This document shows positions 8,723 to 19,296 of a DNA stretch of 64,000 nucleotides, in pieces (the first letter of the stretch is position 1; every line of letters starts with the position of its first letter). The stretch covers positions 1 through 64,000 of the forward strand of contig PPNB01000031.1 of the NCBI GenBank assembly GCA_003707115.1. Reading direction: 5' to 3'. The notes beneath the pieces are model-generated. The model saw nothing but the letters and a program-made list of their open reading frames with translations, was not told where the DNA came from and ran no database searches. Source of the stretch: Tortispora ganteri. Lineage: Eukaryota. Made by a program: the position numbers and the translations under genes.

Positions 8723-11131
8723 TTAGTCCGTTGCGAGTCGCTTCTTCTTGTAATCCGCGAAACTCAACTTCTTTTTTGGAAGTGCAGGCTTTTCCTCAGC
8801 CTTCAGCATTGTCTTCTCTATTTTCAGTTCTTCGGTCTTAACATCAGACGCTGCCACCTTCTTCGACACATCACTGTCAGTAGTAATAACTGTGGTTTCG
8901 TTACTCGTAATCTCCGGCTCAATCAAGCCCTTTGCTGCTAATAGATTATTTACAGGTATTTGTCTCGAACAGGGAGGATTGAATCGACGAAAAAACACCC
9001 TCGACGTTGAGTCAGCAGTAGTTTCTATTTGATCGTCTTTCCATTTCACACTTGCTTCTAAAAACGACCGACTCAAAACCGTCTTTAAAATATGCTGTTC
9101 AGACTCCGTTTTAACACCAGACTTTGGCTTGACCCAGCTTGAGGATATCTTGCGTAACTTGAAAGACTTCTGCTCACTGACTTCAGTATTCAAAGCATTG
9201 GATCCACTAGATGGCTTAGATGGTTTGCGCTTCCTGCTATTCGATACTCCTGTACCATCCTGTGATTCCATCTTTTCAAATCTTTCTAGCATCTCCCGAA
9301 TCTTACGTTCCTCACGCGATGACATAAACCCGGAAACGATAGAATCGTTATTATTATGACTTTTAGGAGCCGCAATTAGATCTTCAGTCAAAGATCGACT
9401 TGATGATTTAGGTCTGTGAGAACCAGCTCGACGCATTCGCTGCAACAAGCAGTCTGAACCAAGATTACATGCACATTCGCTATACATGAAAAGAGCATCA
9501 ACAGTGGCAGTGAGAGTTTTCTGCTCAGCGTCAGAAAACTCTGGTTTCTCAGTAGCATTATCAAAAAACTTGTGCACAGGGTGGTTCTCGTCCCAAGTCC
9601 ATGGAATTGTAATCTCATGGCCATGTCTAATAGCCTCGGTTGAGGTCAAGACAAAGCGTACATCGTTTTCATTTATGATCACGGTAGAAAGTCTAGCATT
9701 TGAATCACATGATCTTCTCACAAACCTAGCTAATGTACCACGACGACGCCCGTCTATGCATAAAGGGAAATCTTCGTGAAACATTACATAAGGTTTAGGA
9801 GTATTCAATGCCGCATATTGGTTTAGAGGACAATCCTTATAGGTTTTTTGAAGTTCCACATCACCGTTGACCTCAACGAGTAAGCAATCAGGATTAACAT
9901 CGTCAAGTGAGTACAGTCCATATTTAGGTAATCCAGTAAATCGTGACCGATGATGATCAGGTGCATGTTTCACAATGGTTTCAGGAAAACCCATAGAATT
10001 GTATTGCTTTAGTGATAAGAAGGTAGCGTTGGAAATATCTTTGCACCGATCTGGAATATTAGCCATAATGATTTTAGCGTCATCATGAACTAGCAACTCA
10101 GAAATAGGAAAATACTCCAAAGTATGCGAGTCAGGCAAGGAGATGAAAGAACCTCTTAAGCCATCAGACTCTTCATCGTGACCGGTGTTATCTGTATGAC
10201 CAGCAGAATCACCTGATTGTCGCCGTCGGTCATTCGGCGAGCGTGTGCGTGATTTTGATTTGGAGCTGCGTTTGTTAGGTGTTTTCTTGCCATTAGATAA
10301 GTTCTGCTTGGAATCATCCTTTAACTCTGGGCTAGCAGTCCGCTTCGCAAGTTCGTTCTCACGTTCCTCTTTTAATCGTCTGCGCTTTTGCTTGACAACA
10401 GCCTTGCGAATATCAAGCGCACGGGGGTCGCATTTATCACAAAGATAAACTTCAGGTACTCTAGCTGGAGATATACCAACACAAACGGCATGTTGCCAGT
10501 TTGCGCACTTTTCACATTGAATCGTGAACCCATCGTCGTCATCAAAACCGCAGATACAAATAATCTCCCCGGAGTATTCTTCCGAAGGTTTCGAATCTGA
10601 GGCGGGCTCTTCCGGGCTCGATGGTAGAGTATTGGGATGGTACTTCTCTTTCTCATCTGGTTTCTGAGCAGCTGCTTCTTCAATTTTGGGTGCATCTTCC
10701 GCAGGAGACGAAAGGCTTGCATGAGAATCCTGATAGGTGGTAGCGGCCTCAACTAGCAGGTTCATATTTGAAGATCCATTTGTGGCGGCAACAGAGGCTG
10801 CAGCCACAGCTGCGTTGCTTAGAACGGCGAGCGCCGATTCGGATTGTGATAAATGTGTGTGAAAGGTCTGCGGTTTCCGTTCATTAGTGCTGAGTTGTTG
10901 TTCTATTTGATTGCTTTCGGGAATGTTTTCTGGTAATGTTGCGGGTTCTGATGGAGTAGCAAAAAAGGCGCTGTCAGACATTGGCGGAGAAGGCAAGCAA
11001 GCCGCGGTTATTCTCGGATGGTACAGGGGCGTTATATTATCAGTATCCGGGAAAGATTTTTCAGACGGCAAATTACTAGGATGTAAGTGAATGTGAGAAT
11101 GCGAAGATTTTTCTGAAAACTGTACGCTCAT
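8723..11131 (-). CDS. SET3: PHD + SET domain protein, Set3/Set4 family
   Basis: PHD ICICGFDDDDGFTIQCEKCANWQHAVC; degenerate SET ARFVRRSCDSNA..EITIPW; SREERK; C-terminal KKKLSFADYKKK. Confidence 0.9.
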   Translation of the reverse strand: MSVQFSEKSSHSHIHLHPSNLPSEKSFPDTDNITPLYHPRITAACLPSPPMSDSAFFATPSEPATLPENIPESNQIEQQLSTNERKPQTFHTHLSQSESALAVLSNAAVAAASVAATNGSSNMNLLVEAATTYQDSHASLSSPAEDAPKIEEAAAQKPDEKEKYHPNTLPSSPEEPASDSKPSEEYSGEIICICGFDDDDGFTIQCEKCANWQHAVCVGISPARVPEVYLCDKCDPRALDIRKAVVKQKRRRLKEERENELAKRTASPELKDDSKQNLSNGKKTPNKRSSKSKSRTRSPNDRRRQSGDSAGHTDNTGHDEESDGLRGSFISLPDSHTLEYFPISELLVHDDAKIIMANIPDRCKDISNATFLSLKQYNSMGFPETIVKHAPDHHRSRFTGLPKYGLYSLDDVNPDCLLVEVNGDVELQKTYKDCPLNQYAALNTPKPYVMFHEDFPLCIDGRRRGTLARFVRRSCDSNARLSTVIINENDVRFVLTSTEAIRHGHEITIPWTWDENHPVHKFFDNATEKPEFSDAEQKTLTATVDALFMYSECACNLGSDCLLQRMRRAGSHRPKSSSRSLTEDLIAAPKSHNNNDSIVSGFMSSREERKIREMLERFEKMESQDGTGVSNSRKRKPSKPSSGSNALNTEVSEQKSFKLRKISSSWVKPKSGVKTESEQHILKTVLSRSFLEASVKWKDDQIETTADSTSRVFFRRFNPPCSRQIPVNNLLAAKGLIEPEITSNETTVITTDSDVSKKVAASDVKTEELKIEKTMLKAEEKPALPKKKLSFADYKKKRLATD

Positions 11132-12398
11132 GGTACGCCTAAGAAATTATAAAACAGTGCGAAGACAGATCTGTGCTAAGCCCACGAGAGACAATACAGA
11201 TATATCTAAGCGTTCGGGGGTTTCACAAGTATGTCACAAAAGCTGCACAAGGTATATGTGGGCGAGGTCGTGCAAAAGGCAAAAAAGGGCGGAATCAACG
11301 TAAGTGGGTCTCCAGAGGCTAATTGGCGGGACTGGCACAGCCTACAGGCGCAATGTATATCCGTTGAAGGTTAGATCTGCCCTGTGCGATCGACAGTGTA
11401 GCGAGTAGCCTGTGATCCTCGCGAAAGGGGGGACGAGGAGCGGGAGACTAAGCGAGACAGACACTGAATTCAGGAGAGAAGCTCACCAATAGGTGCCGAT
11501 GCGTGTGTTCTGCGACAAGAAAACAGCAAGAGCAGCGTGCGATAAGACAAATAGCAGGTACACTATAAAACAATGCAAAACTATAAGTCAAGCTGGTCTG
11601 TGGGGGCACAAAAAGCAAAGTGAGTCAACAAAAGTTGTGTAGGTTGAAGCAGAGAAAGTGCCAATTGGGGAAAGCCTGGATATATAAGAGGAAATAAAAG
11701 TAGTAGTTTGACTGTAAGCTAAAACCTGATGGATGTCTCTGATTGGCTATAACAGAACAAGTGGCTAGCAACGTCTAAAGAAGAGCAGAATAATGACAGA
11801 TGAAGGTGCAAATTCGCTATTTATTTGCTTAAAAGAGTCAGCTTACACATATAAGCATGCAAACAAGAGTGCAGCAAGTTAGTGTCAGTTTCTGTGGCAA
11901 GTATCGCGGCTTTCATTGTACCATTTCCGGGGGCGGACATCCGGGTGTTGGTGTGGCTAGCATATGCAACTACAGTGGGCATGGTGGCAGAAAAAATAAT
12001 GCAATAGAGTGCAAATCTATACTGTGTTAAATATATAAAACAGTGTATGCAGGAATTTGCACCGTCATTTTGTCTTTCAGTGGCGAGCAGCTGAAGGAGA
12101 GAAAGAATCTAGCAGGTGTGTTCAAGTGATAATGAAATTTAGAATAAGGTTTGTAAGTGACCTGGTGTGTACTTACTGTTTTCTCGATTTCTGCAACAGT
12201 ACTAACTAGTGCCACCAGAGTTTTCGCGCAATAATTTGACCGAGTATACAGAAACATTTTGTAAATCGTAATTGCACTTTCTAGGTATCTGTGAGGACAG
12301 AGACCAGGTGTTATGACACAATGCATTCGAACTTTAACAAGTATAAGGTTTCATGGTTTATCATCATGAATAAACGTCCTTGCAGAATCGTGAATTAG

Positions 12399-15300
12399 TT
12401 ATGTTGCAAAACGGACTCGTTTGGGTGCGTTATCATCACGTTTCAGCGGTCTTTTCAACGGTGGATCTGCGTGGACTGGGTTAGAGTCCGGGATGAGGCT
12501 GTTGCTTACAGAGATTTTCGCAGGCACAAGAACACGCACAGGTTCGGGCTGTCCATATGCTTCGAGCAACTCGACGCGTGAAAGACGGTTTGTAGAAAAG
12601 AAACCGAGGGTCTGGATGTAATTCCGAATAACCTTGTCAGCGACCATGTCCTTGGCAGCATCAGCACCTTCCTTGTTTAGCACCATACGCCGTTCAACTA
12701 TCGCGTTCTCAAGCGTTCCTTTCATGACGAGTGTCTCAACATGTACTTCCCGTTTCTGGCCAATACGATGTGCGCGTTTGACGGCTTGTGCTTCAACATC
12801 AGGAAGCCAAACAGGTGTAACGAAGTAGATCCTAGATGCAGCAGCCAAATGGAGTCCCCTAGCGGCCATTCTCACATCCATCAGCAGAACGCGGGGCATC
12901 TCATCCGTATTGAACTGTATTAGACATTGTGTGCGAACATCTAAAGGAATGTCTGCAGTGTATATGAAATGTTCCACCCTTACAATCTCAAGTGCCTCGG
13001 AAATGTGATGCATCGCTCCGTTATCCTGATAAAACACCAGAATCTTTTCCTCTTTCATGTGCTGAAGGATTCCGCTAATTAAGTACGACATCCTTCCAGA
13101 AGAAGTCCCCAAAAGGGTAATATTCTGCAGCTTTTGAAGGGTTTCCGTGTTGTTAATACCAATATTCTTTTGCTGGTCTCCAAACGGTTTTGTCAATTGG
13201 AATAGATGGTCAGGAACGCCTACTTCCTTCTCGTGTAGTTTCTCTGCATTTTTAGAACGCTTTCTTGACTGTTGTTCCAGTTTCGCATGGTCTTCTCGCA
13301 CTTTGTCATAGACAGCCTGGTTCAACACAAATATATCGTTCAGATCAGCTGCATCGTGTCCTTCGCTTAACAATTTCTCTGCAGATCGTTGCAGCGTCAC
13401 AAGCTGGTTCCCACCGTACACGCGGGTACCGTCCTCGAGAGGATCGCTCACTTCTAGTACATCTTTCAAGTTTTGAGGTACTCCTGAAATGTAGAACCCA
13501 ATTTCGTGCAGGCTAACAAATGCCAGCCATTCAGGATCGCTAATTGCAGCTTCACCTGCTTCCACAGCTTTATCTAATAGTTCAAGGTCACTCGCTGAAT
13601 ACTTGTCCTTGTATTTGTCTTTAACCTGTCTTGCAACATTAACCATCTGTTGCACCTCGTCAAGAGTAAACCCAGACCAGCTGAAAGTCACTCTAAGCAG
13701 ATTGTTCACCAGCCGCCGTAATCGACCTCGATTTGATGAATGAAACATATAATCTTGATCCGATCGTTCAGATGTCACAGCATTAGTAGCTAAAGCGGCT
13801 GCAAACAGGTTCAAAGACAGTCTATTGTGATACGACGCTTCTAAGAATACTGTCTTTGTAAACAATTCTGGAAGACACACCTGTGCCAGAGCATCTTTGG
13901 GCTGGTGTCTCACAATAATCTGATGCAGAACATTATTAAGGATAGTCCAATGCATACCGTTTGCATCGTTAGCTGCTTCTTTTTTCTCGGCTGCAATGGG
14001 TCGCGTAATGTAATCCGTCCACATATTTTTTGTGCTTGTCCAGGGCTCCATCTTCAGGAAAATGCGCACAATGTGTCCTAAATGGCGTAAATCTTGTTTT
14101 TCTAAATTTGCCGTATGTGTAGAACTTCCGGTTATTATTTCTGTATTCACAAGACCTCTTGCTGGAGTTCCAGTGACGACCCAGCGACAGTCTACATTCA
14201 GCTGGTCCGCTAAATGACTAGCCCGGGAGGTGCTTGAACCCATGTTCTGACCTTCGTCGACTATGATACGTTTCCAGCGGATACGCGTTAACAGTGAGTC
14301 TATTGAAGGCTTACCCCACAGCAGAACATTTGGAGCTGACACTGTAGGCTCGTATTCTGAGGCAAAAACGGAGAGTGGCATTAGGACCACGTCGAAATTG
14401 CACAAGTTTTGCACCGAAATCGTGGACTGACTGCTACGCGTGAATTTAAAGATCGACAGCACGCCTGGCTCTAAGTGCTTGTCGATTTCTTTTAGCCATT
14501 GCTTGACGAGAGCGTCAGGACAAACTATGAGCGTAGTCTTCGACAGTATAAGTTTTGGTTCAAGCAGCATCCCGGCCTTCTGTTGTCTTTCTCTTTCCAA
14601 ATTAAGTCTTGCGCTTCTTGCTGGCGGGAGAGCTTCAGAAAATGAGCGATCAATGGCCTCTAAGTCTGCAACTACATGCAGTGGCAGCTCATCCTTGTAC
14701 GTCTCCCATGGCAGCCCATTGACCAAAACCATTTGTTTAAGCAGTGAAGATAGTTTCGGTACATGCGGTTCAGATGCAACTACAGGGGTGTTAAGTGAGG
14801 CATTGGCGGGCAGTCTGGACCAGTGATTCTTTGAGAGCACAATGAGCGTCAGGCAGATCAGCGTCTTTCCGAGCCCCATATCTTCCGCCAATATTCCTCC
14901 TCTAGGAGAAGTAGCCGTTGGTGGCTGTTCAAATACCAAATGCCAATTTGCACGGTTTCGGTAGTATATGTTGCCCAATGGACCGCAAAATCGTTCTAGC
15001 AGCGGCGATGGTACGCTGTCCTGGTCCATCTCGAGTTCAATCATCCTCGCGACGCTCTCTCGTTGGTATATGTACAGACTGGTGCGTATACCAGCAATAG
15101 AGTCGCTGATCTGATCTATGAGGTACTGTGCATACGGATTAGTGACATTCAGCGGTCGCGAAGAGGGCAGACCGTTGTAGAGGTCTACCAGAGAGAGCGG
15201 AGGCAGTGTGCGACTAGTGCTGGCTACAACAACAGGCGATGGATTGTTCCAGCATTCATCTGGTAGCGCAATAGAGTAGATATGTTGCCAATGTTGTATA

Positions 15301-15551
15301 AGGGCTTTGTTAGGCTGATCAGTAGCAGTTGAAGCAGCAACTGGGGCATAGATTCGCACAAAGACATAGTGTGGTGTATCTGCGACCAGCTTCGCGGTGG
15401 CGTACGCGCATTGCAGCTGAAGTAAGACTTTCAAAGGGTGTACATTGAGTAGCGAGTAATCTAATGGTGTCCAATCAGAGGTCTTTATACCGTTAATATC
15501 GGTAAAAGTTGTCACAGATATTGCTACTACGGCAATTGGGATGACGCGCAT
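12399..15551 (-). CDS. SNF2-family ATPase, Rad5/16-like group, no RING finger seen
   Basis: LYIYQ, GGILAEDMGLGKT, TLIVCP, RIIVDEGQ, TGTP, ARGLHL, QAVKRAHRIGQ; first ATG at 15551 (the track start is TTG). Confidence 0.88.
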   Translation of the reverse strand: MRVIPIAVVAISVTTFTDINGIKTSDWTPLDYSLLNVHPLKVLLQLQCAYATAKLVADTPHYVFVRIYAPVAASTATDQPNKALIQHWQHIYSIALPDECWNNPSPVVVASTSRTLPPLSLVDLYNGLPSSRPLNVTNPYAQYLIDQISDSIAGIRTSLYIYQRESVARMIELEMDQDSVPSPLLERFCGPLGNIYYRNRANWHLVFEQPPTATSPRGGILAEDMGLGKTLICLTLIVLSKNHWSRLPANASLNTPVVASEPHVPKLSSLLKQMVLVNGLPWETYKDELPLHVVADLEAIDRSFSEALPPARSARLNLERERQQKAGMLLEPKLILSKTTLIVCPDALVKQWLKEIDKHLEPGVLSIFKFTRSSQSTISVQNLCNFDVVLMPLSVFASEYEPTVSAPNVLLWGKPSIDSLLTRIRWKRIIVDEGQNMGSSTSRASHLADQLNVDCRWVVTGTPARGLVNTEIITGSSTHTANLEKQDLRHLGHIVRIFLKMEPWTSTKNMWTDYITRPIAAEKKEAANDANGMHWTILNNVLHQIIVRHQPKDALAQVCLPELFTKTVFLEASYHNRLSLNLFAAALATNAVTSERSDQDYMFHSSNRGRLRRLVNNLLRVTFSWSGFTLDEVQQMVNVARQVKDKYKDKYSASDLELLDKAVEAGEAAISDPEWLAFVSLHEIGFYISGVPQNLKDVLEVSDPLEDGTRVYGGNQLVTLQRSAEKLLSEGHDAADLNDIFVLNQAVYDKVREDHAKLEQQSRKRSKNAEKLHEKEVGVPDHLFQLTKPFGDQQKNIGINNTETLQKLQNITLLGTSSGRMSYLISGILQHMKEEKILVFYQDNGAMHHISEALEIVRVEHFIYTADIPLDVRTQCLIQFNTDEMPRVLLMDVRMAARGLHLAAASRIYFVTPVWLPDVEAQAVKRAHRIGQKREVHVETLVMKGTLENAIVERRMVLNKEGADAAKDMVADKVIRNYIQTLGFFSTNRLSRVELLEAYGQPEPVRVLVPAKISVSNSLIPDSNPVHADPPLKRPLKRDDNAPKRVRFAT

Positions 15552-15580
15552 AAGAAGGCAAACTCCGACACTTCTGCGCA

Positions 15581-15850
15581 ATGGAGCACAAGCAGAGCGC
15601 TACTATTCAAATTGGTAATGTACAAATTATATATAGAAGAAGCTCTAGCTAACAGTTAGTTGACATTCAGGGCGTTGAAGAAGCGGCGTTGCGGGCGAAG
15701 TTTGCACCTTTCGGCAATATTGTGGGTGTCGAAGTGCGGGACGGTACAGGATACGTGGAGTTCGAGGAAAATGAAGACGCAAAAGCAGCAATTGATAATG
15801 CCGATAGGTCGGTTATTCAGGGAAAAGTTATTCATGTAAGCTACATTTAA
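15581..15850 (+). CDS. Spliced RRM-only protein resembling the cyclophilin E (PPIE/Cyp33) RRM; join(15581..15619,15656..15850), 77 aa
   Basis: Not in ORF track. Spliced product MEHKQSATIQIGN|LVDIQGVEEAALRAKFAPFGNIVGVEVRDGTGYVEFEENEDAKAAIDNADRSVIQGKVIHVSYI has RNP2 (IQIGNL), RNP1 (GTGYVEF) and the PPIE-like AAIDN motif. Confidence 0.8.
15620..15655 (+). other. 36-nt spliceosomal intron
   Basis: GTACAA...GCTAACAG with the branch point abutting the 3' AG; contains an in-frame TAA; removal restores RNP2. Confidence 0.7.
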
Positions 15851-15934
15851 TAGTAATTGCATAAATTAGTGGGTCATATTGGTGTCAGACGTTTACTTAT
15901 ATAGAAGCTTTACAGAGAGAAAATGTGGCTAGAC

Positions 15935-16210
15935 CTACTCCGTCTCGGGAAGATCTTTCTTCCAGATTTCATCGCTCTGAGAAGGATTGTAACTCTTAGA
16001 CAATCGGAACTTCTCAGTAGCGAACTTCCTATAAGTGAAATAGCTGCCGGAAGCGACAGCCACGACACAGGCTGCCAAAAGAGGATAAATCTCAACAGGT
16101 ACATTCAAACCGCCTCCTTTCTTGCCTCCCGCAGCCGAAAATTTCGGCACAGTCGTGCGGAAAGAATTGGCTGCACTGGGACGCATCATCATCGACAAAG
16201 CGGGGCGCAT
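15935..16210 (-). CDS. MIN8: Small mitochondrial membrane protein, Min8 (YPR010C-A)/NDUFA4-like
   Basis: MRPA start; GGLNVPVEIYPLLAACVVAVASGSYFTYRKF parallels the Min8-type PVEL.PL..A..VA..SG.YFTY.K single-TM motif; exact start ATG uncertain. Confidence 0.8.
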   Translation of the reverse strand: MRPALSMMMRPSAANSFRTTVPKFSAAGGKKGGGLNVPVEIYPLLAACVVAVASGSYFTYRKFATEKFRLSKSYNPSQSDEIWKKDLPETE

Positions 16211-16385
16211 TCGTGTAATTGAAGTAATTCTCATTGTTGTATGTACTAGGCCGAAAAACGAATTGCTGGTTATAGAAGTTGGTAGGTAACTTGCAAAACC
16301 TACCCGACCCAATCAAAGGTATCGTGATTTTTATTTTCCCATTAGCATTAAAGCCGGGTAACTAAAATATTTCCACTCTAACTAC

Positions 16386-16409
16386 TGACTCATTCACATT
16401 GCTGACTCA
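16386..16409 (+). promoter_or_regulatory. Two Gcn4/CpcA sites upstream of homocitrate synthase
   Basis: TGACTCA at 16386-16392 and 16403-16409, about 190 bp before an amino-acid biosynthesis gene. Confidence 0.7.
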
Positions 16410-16587
16410 CCCAACCCACACACGCGCATCTCCGCCTTGTCGGGACTAAGCGCAGCAGCCGAACCTTAAAAAACCGAGTGAAAAAAAAACTTTATTGCAT
16501 CAAATCTTCTTCCATATAAAAAAGCCAACATTCTCCCTTCCCGATCGCAATAGCTCATTTCTGCTCGCTCTCTCTGCTACATTAACT

Positions 16588-17895
16588 ATGTCCTCAAACG
16601 GTGCTACTAATGGCACTGAGAACATCGCTCAGACCCAGCAGAACCCGTATGGTCCTCATCCCAGCGACTTCCTTTCAAACGTATCAAGCTTTCAGCTCAT
16701 CGAATCCACATTACGTGAAGGTGAACAGTTCGCTAATGCTTTCTTCGACACCGCAAAAAAGATCGAAATCGCTAAAGCACTAGACGAATTTGGTGTTGAC
16801 TATATCGAGTTGACCTCGCCTGCAGCTTCTGAACAAAGTCGCAAGGACTGTGAAGCTATTGCCAAACTCGGCCTCAGAGCAAAAATTCTGACTCATATCC
16901 GATGCCACATGGACGACGCCCGTATCGCCGTCGAGACGGGTGTAGACGGTGTAGATGTCGTTATTGGAACCTCGCAGTTCCTCCGCCAGTACTCTCATGG
17001 CAAAGATATGACTTATGTCGCCAAGTCTGCCGTCGAAGTCATTGAGTACGTTAAGAGTCATGGCATCGAGATCCGTTTCTCATCTGAAGACTCCTTCCGC
17101 TCAGACCTAGTCGATCTACTCAATATCTACCGCACAGTAAACAATATCGGTGTTAATCGCGTCGGTATCGCCGATACTGTTGGCTGCGCAAACCCACGTC
17201 AGGTTTACGAGCTCGTCCGCACACTTAAGTCCGTCGTCAGCTGTGACATCGAGTGTCATTTTCACAACGATACCGGATGTGCCGTCGCTAATGCTTACAC
17301 TGCTTTGGAAGCCGGTGCCAAGCTCATCGATGTCTCTGTTCTTGGAATTGGTGAGCGCAACGGTATCACCCCTCTTGGTGCGCTCATGGCCCGCATGATT
17401 GCCGCCGACAGGGACTACGTCCTCTCTAAATACAATCTCAAGAAACTCCGTGACTTAGAGATCCTGGTCGCTGAAGCTGTGCAGGTCAATATCCCATTCA
17501 ACAACCCAATCACCGGATTCTGCGCTTTCACCCACAAAGCCGGTATCCACGCCAAAGCTATCCTCGCAAACCCGAGTACGTACGAGATATTGAAACCCGA
17601 GGACTTTGGCCTCACCCGCTATATCCACTTTGCCAACCGTCTCACTGGCTGGAATGCCATCAAATCACGTGTTGACCAACTGAATCTTGACCTCACCGAT
17701 ACGCAAGTCAAGGAAGTTACTCAGAAAATCAAGGCTTTGGGCGATATCCGTGCTTTGAACATCGATGATGTCGATTCTATTATTCGTGATTACCATGCTA
17801 AGGTCTCTACTCCGCGCCAAGCTCCTGTTGCGAGCGAAAACGCTGACGTTCCCGAGGCGCTCGAGCAACCGGAGGCTAAGCGCCAGAAAAATTAA
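16588..17895 (+). CDS. LYS20: Homocitrate synthase (Lys20/Lys21)
   Basis: ATG at 16588; [33 protein letters not shown]; basic C-terminal NLS-like EAKRQK. Confidence 0.97.
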   Translation: MSSNGATNGTENIAQTQQNPYGPHPSDFLSNVSSFQLIESTLREGEQFANAFFDTAKKIEIAKALDEFGVDYIELTSPAASEQSRKDCEAIAKLGLRAKILTHIRCHMDDARIAVETGVDGVDVVIGTSQFLRQYSHGKDMTYVAKSAVEVIEYVKSHGIEIRFSSEDSFRSDLVDLLNIYRTVNNIGVNRVGIADTVGCANPRQVYELVRTLKSVVSCDIECHFHNDTGCAVANAYTALEAGAKLIDVSVLGIGERNGITPLGALMARMIAADRDYVLSKYNLKKLRDLEILVAEAVQVNIPFNNPITGFCAFTHKAGIHAKAILANPSTYEILKPEDFGLTRYIHFANRLTGWNAIKSRVDQLNLDLTDTQVKEVTQKIKALGDIRALNIDDVDSIIRDYHAKVSTPRQAPVASENADVPEALEQPEAKRQKN

Positions 17896-18030
17896 AAATA
17901 AAAGACAAAAATTGACAGAAACAGCGAATATGCCTGTTTTTTTTTTCTTTTTTGCGGTTTTATATATATGTACGTCATGCTATACATGTAACTGCTAGCT
18001 ATATTATCTCATCATTGTTTTTTTCTTCGT

Positions 18031-19296
18031 TTACCGTAGTGTTTGCTGATTGACTGATCTGATAATATCTGAAACAAGATACAGCGAGCCGCAAATTATC
18101 GTGAGACCGTCTTTTTGGCTAGTCGCAGCTGTTAATACCTCATTTAGTGGCAAACTCTGGACATTTGCGTTAAACTCTGCAGCCATTTCAGCGAGTTTGT
18201 GTCGATCTTGTGGCTTCACCCACGCCATACCTTCAACCGGTCCGAACTCTGTAGTGAATATACCTCTGGTTCTGTCACTGATCTGCTTGTCCTTAAATAT
18301 CACACTCATCACATTCTGCGCCTTCTTAGTATTCGAGAACGCAAAAAGCCATGTTAGCGGTGCACTTGTATGCGAGTGCACGAACTCGCGTAGCACTTCA
18401 GCCGATTCCACGTTATGAGCGCCGTCTAGCAGCACCAAAGTGTCATTGATTCGCAGATACTGTAGTCTTCCTGGCCATGAGACGCTCTTCAAGCCGTTAA
18501 TTACCGACTCATTTGTTATACTGGTCAGGCCTCTCTGTTTTGCGATATCTAGTGCAGCAAGTGCCAGTGATAGATTTTGTCGCTGATGCCGGCCATTAAG
18601 TGCAAGTGCGAGCGGGATGGATCCGAATCCTGAAGATTGATAAAGTGCATCCACATCAGAGTTACCATTGTTCACAATTGTGAGGGGTGCATTGTGAGCA
18701 GCAGCAGTTTGCTTTAACACCTGTAGAATTTCAGGAGTGTTAGTGCCGTCTGCGACTACAGGCACTCCGCGTTTAATGATTCCAGCTTTGTGGCGTGCTA
18801 TTTCTGTAAGAGTTTCTCCGAGGAACTCTATGTGGTCAAGACCGATAGACGTGATGATTGTTGTGATCAACTCACCTGGTTCAAACACATTAGTGGCATC
18901 ATTCAGCCCTCCAAGACCAACTTCCATTATAGCAACATCTATTCTATTTCTGAGAAAGATTTCGAATGCCGTTGCAGTCAATAGTTCAAACTCCGATGCG
19001 CCAATTTCATTGGTCTCATTGATCTTCCGAACATAATCTTCGACTTTTGTAAATTCTTCTTCTTCAATTGACTGATTATTGATACTAATACTGTCCCATC
19101 GATGAATCAAATGTGGACTAGTAAATGTACCTGTTTTGATTCTAGATTGACTTAATATACTCGTCAAATATGCACATACTGATCCTTTACCATTAGTTCC
19201 TGCAACATGAATTGTCTTCCATGACTTTTGAGGACATTTTAAAATATTTAATAATTTAATAATTCTTTGCAGTCCAAGGTCTATACGACTCATCAT
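18031..19296 (-). CDS. FOL3: Dihydrofolate synthetase (FolC family)
   Basis: IDLGLQRI, HVAGTNGKGS, TSPHL, EVGLGG..DATN, WPGRLQ, DGAHN, CGSLYL. Confidence 0.9.
   Translation of the reverse strand: MMSRIDLGLQRIIKLLNILKCPQKSWKTIHVAGTNGKGSVCAYLTSILSQSRIKTGTFTSPHLIHRWDSISINNQSIEEEEFTKVEDYVRKINETNEIGASEFELLTATAFEIFLRNRIDVAIMEVGLGGLNDATNVFEPGELITTIITSIGLDHIEFLGETLTEIARHKAGIIKRGVPVVADGTNTPEILQVLKQTAAAHNAPLTIVNNGNSDVDALYQSSGFGSIPLALALNGRHQRQNLSLALAALDIAKQRGLTSITNESVINGLKSVSWPGRLQYLRINDTLVLLDGAHNVESAEVLREFVHSHTSAPLTWLFAFSNTKKAQNVMSVIFKDKQISDRTRGIFTTEFGPVEGMAWVKPQDRHKLAEMAAEFNANVQSLPLNEVLTAATSQKDGLTIICGSLYLVSDIIRSVNQQTLR

Noticed and set aside
9590..9740. SET domain lacking canonical NHS and catalytic Tyr motifs
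   Set aside because: Normal for the Set3/Set4 family; not a pseudogene sign
831..19296. Apparent vitamin cluster (THI5-like fold, RIB5, FOL3)
   Set aside because: Genes are separated by unrelated housekeeping genes, share no motif I could see and belong to different pathways
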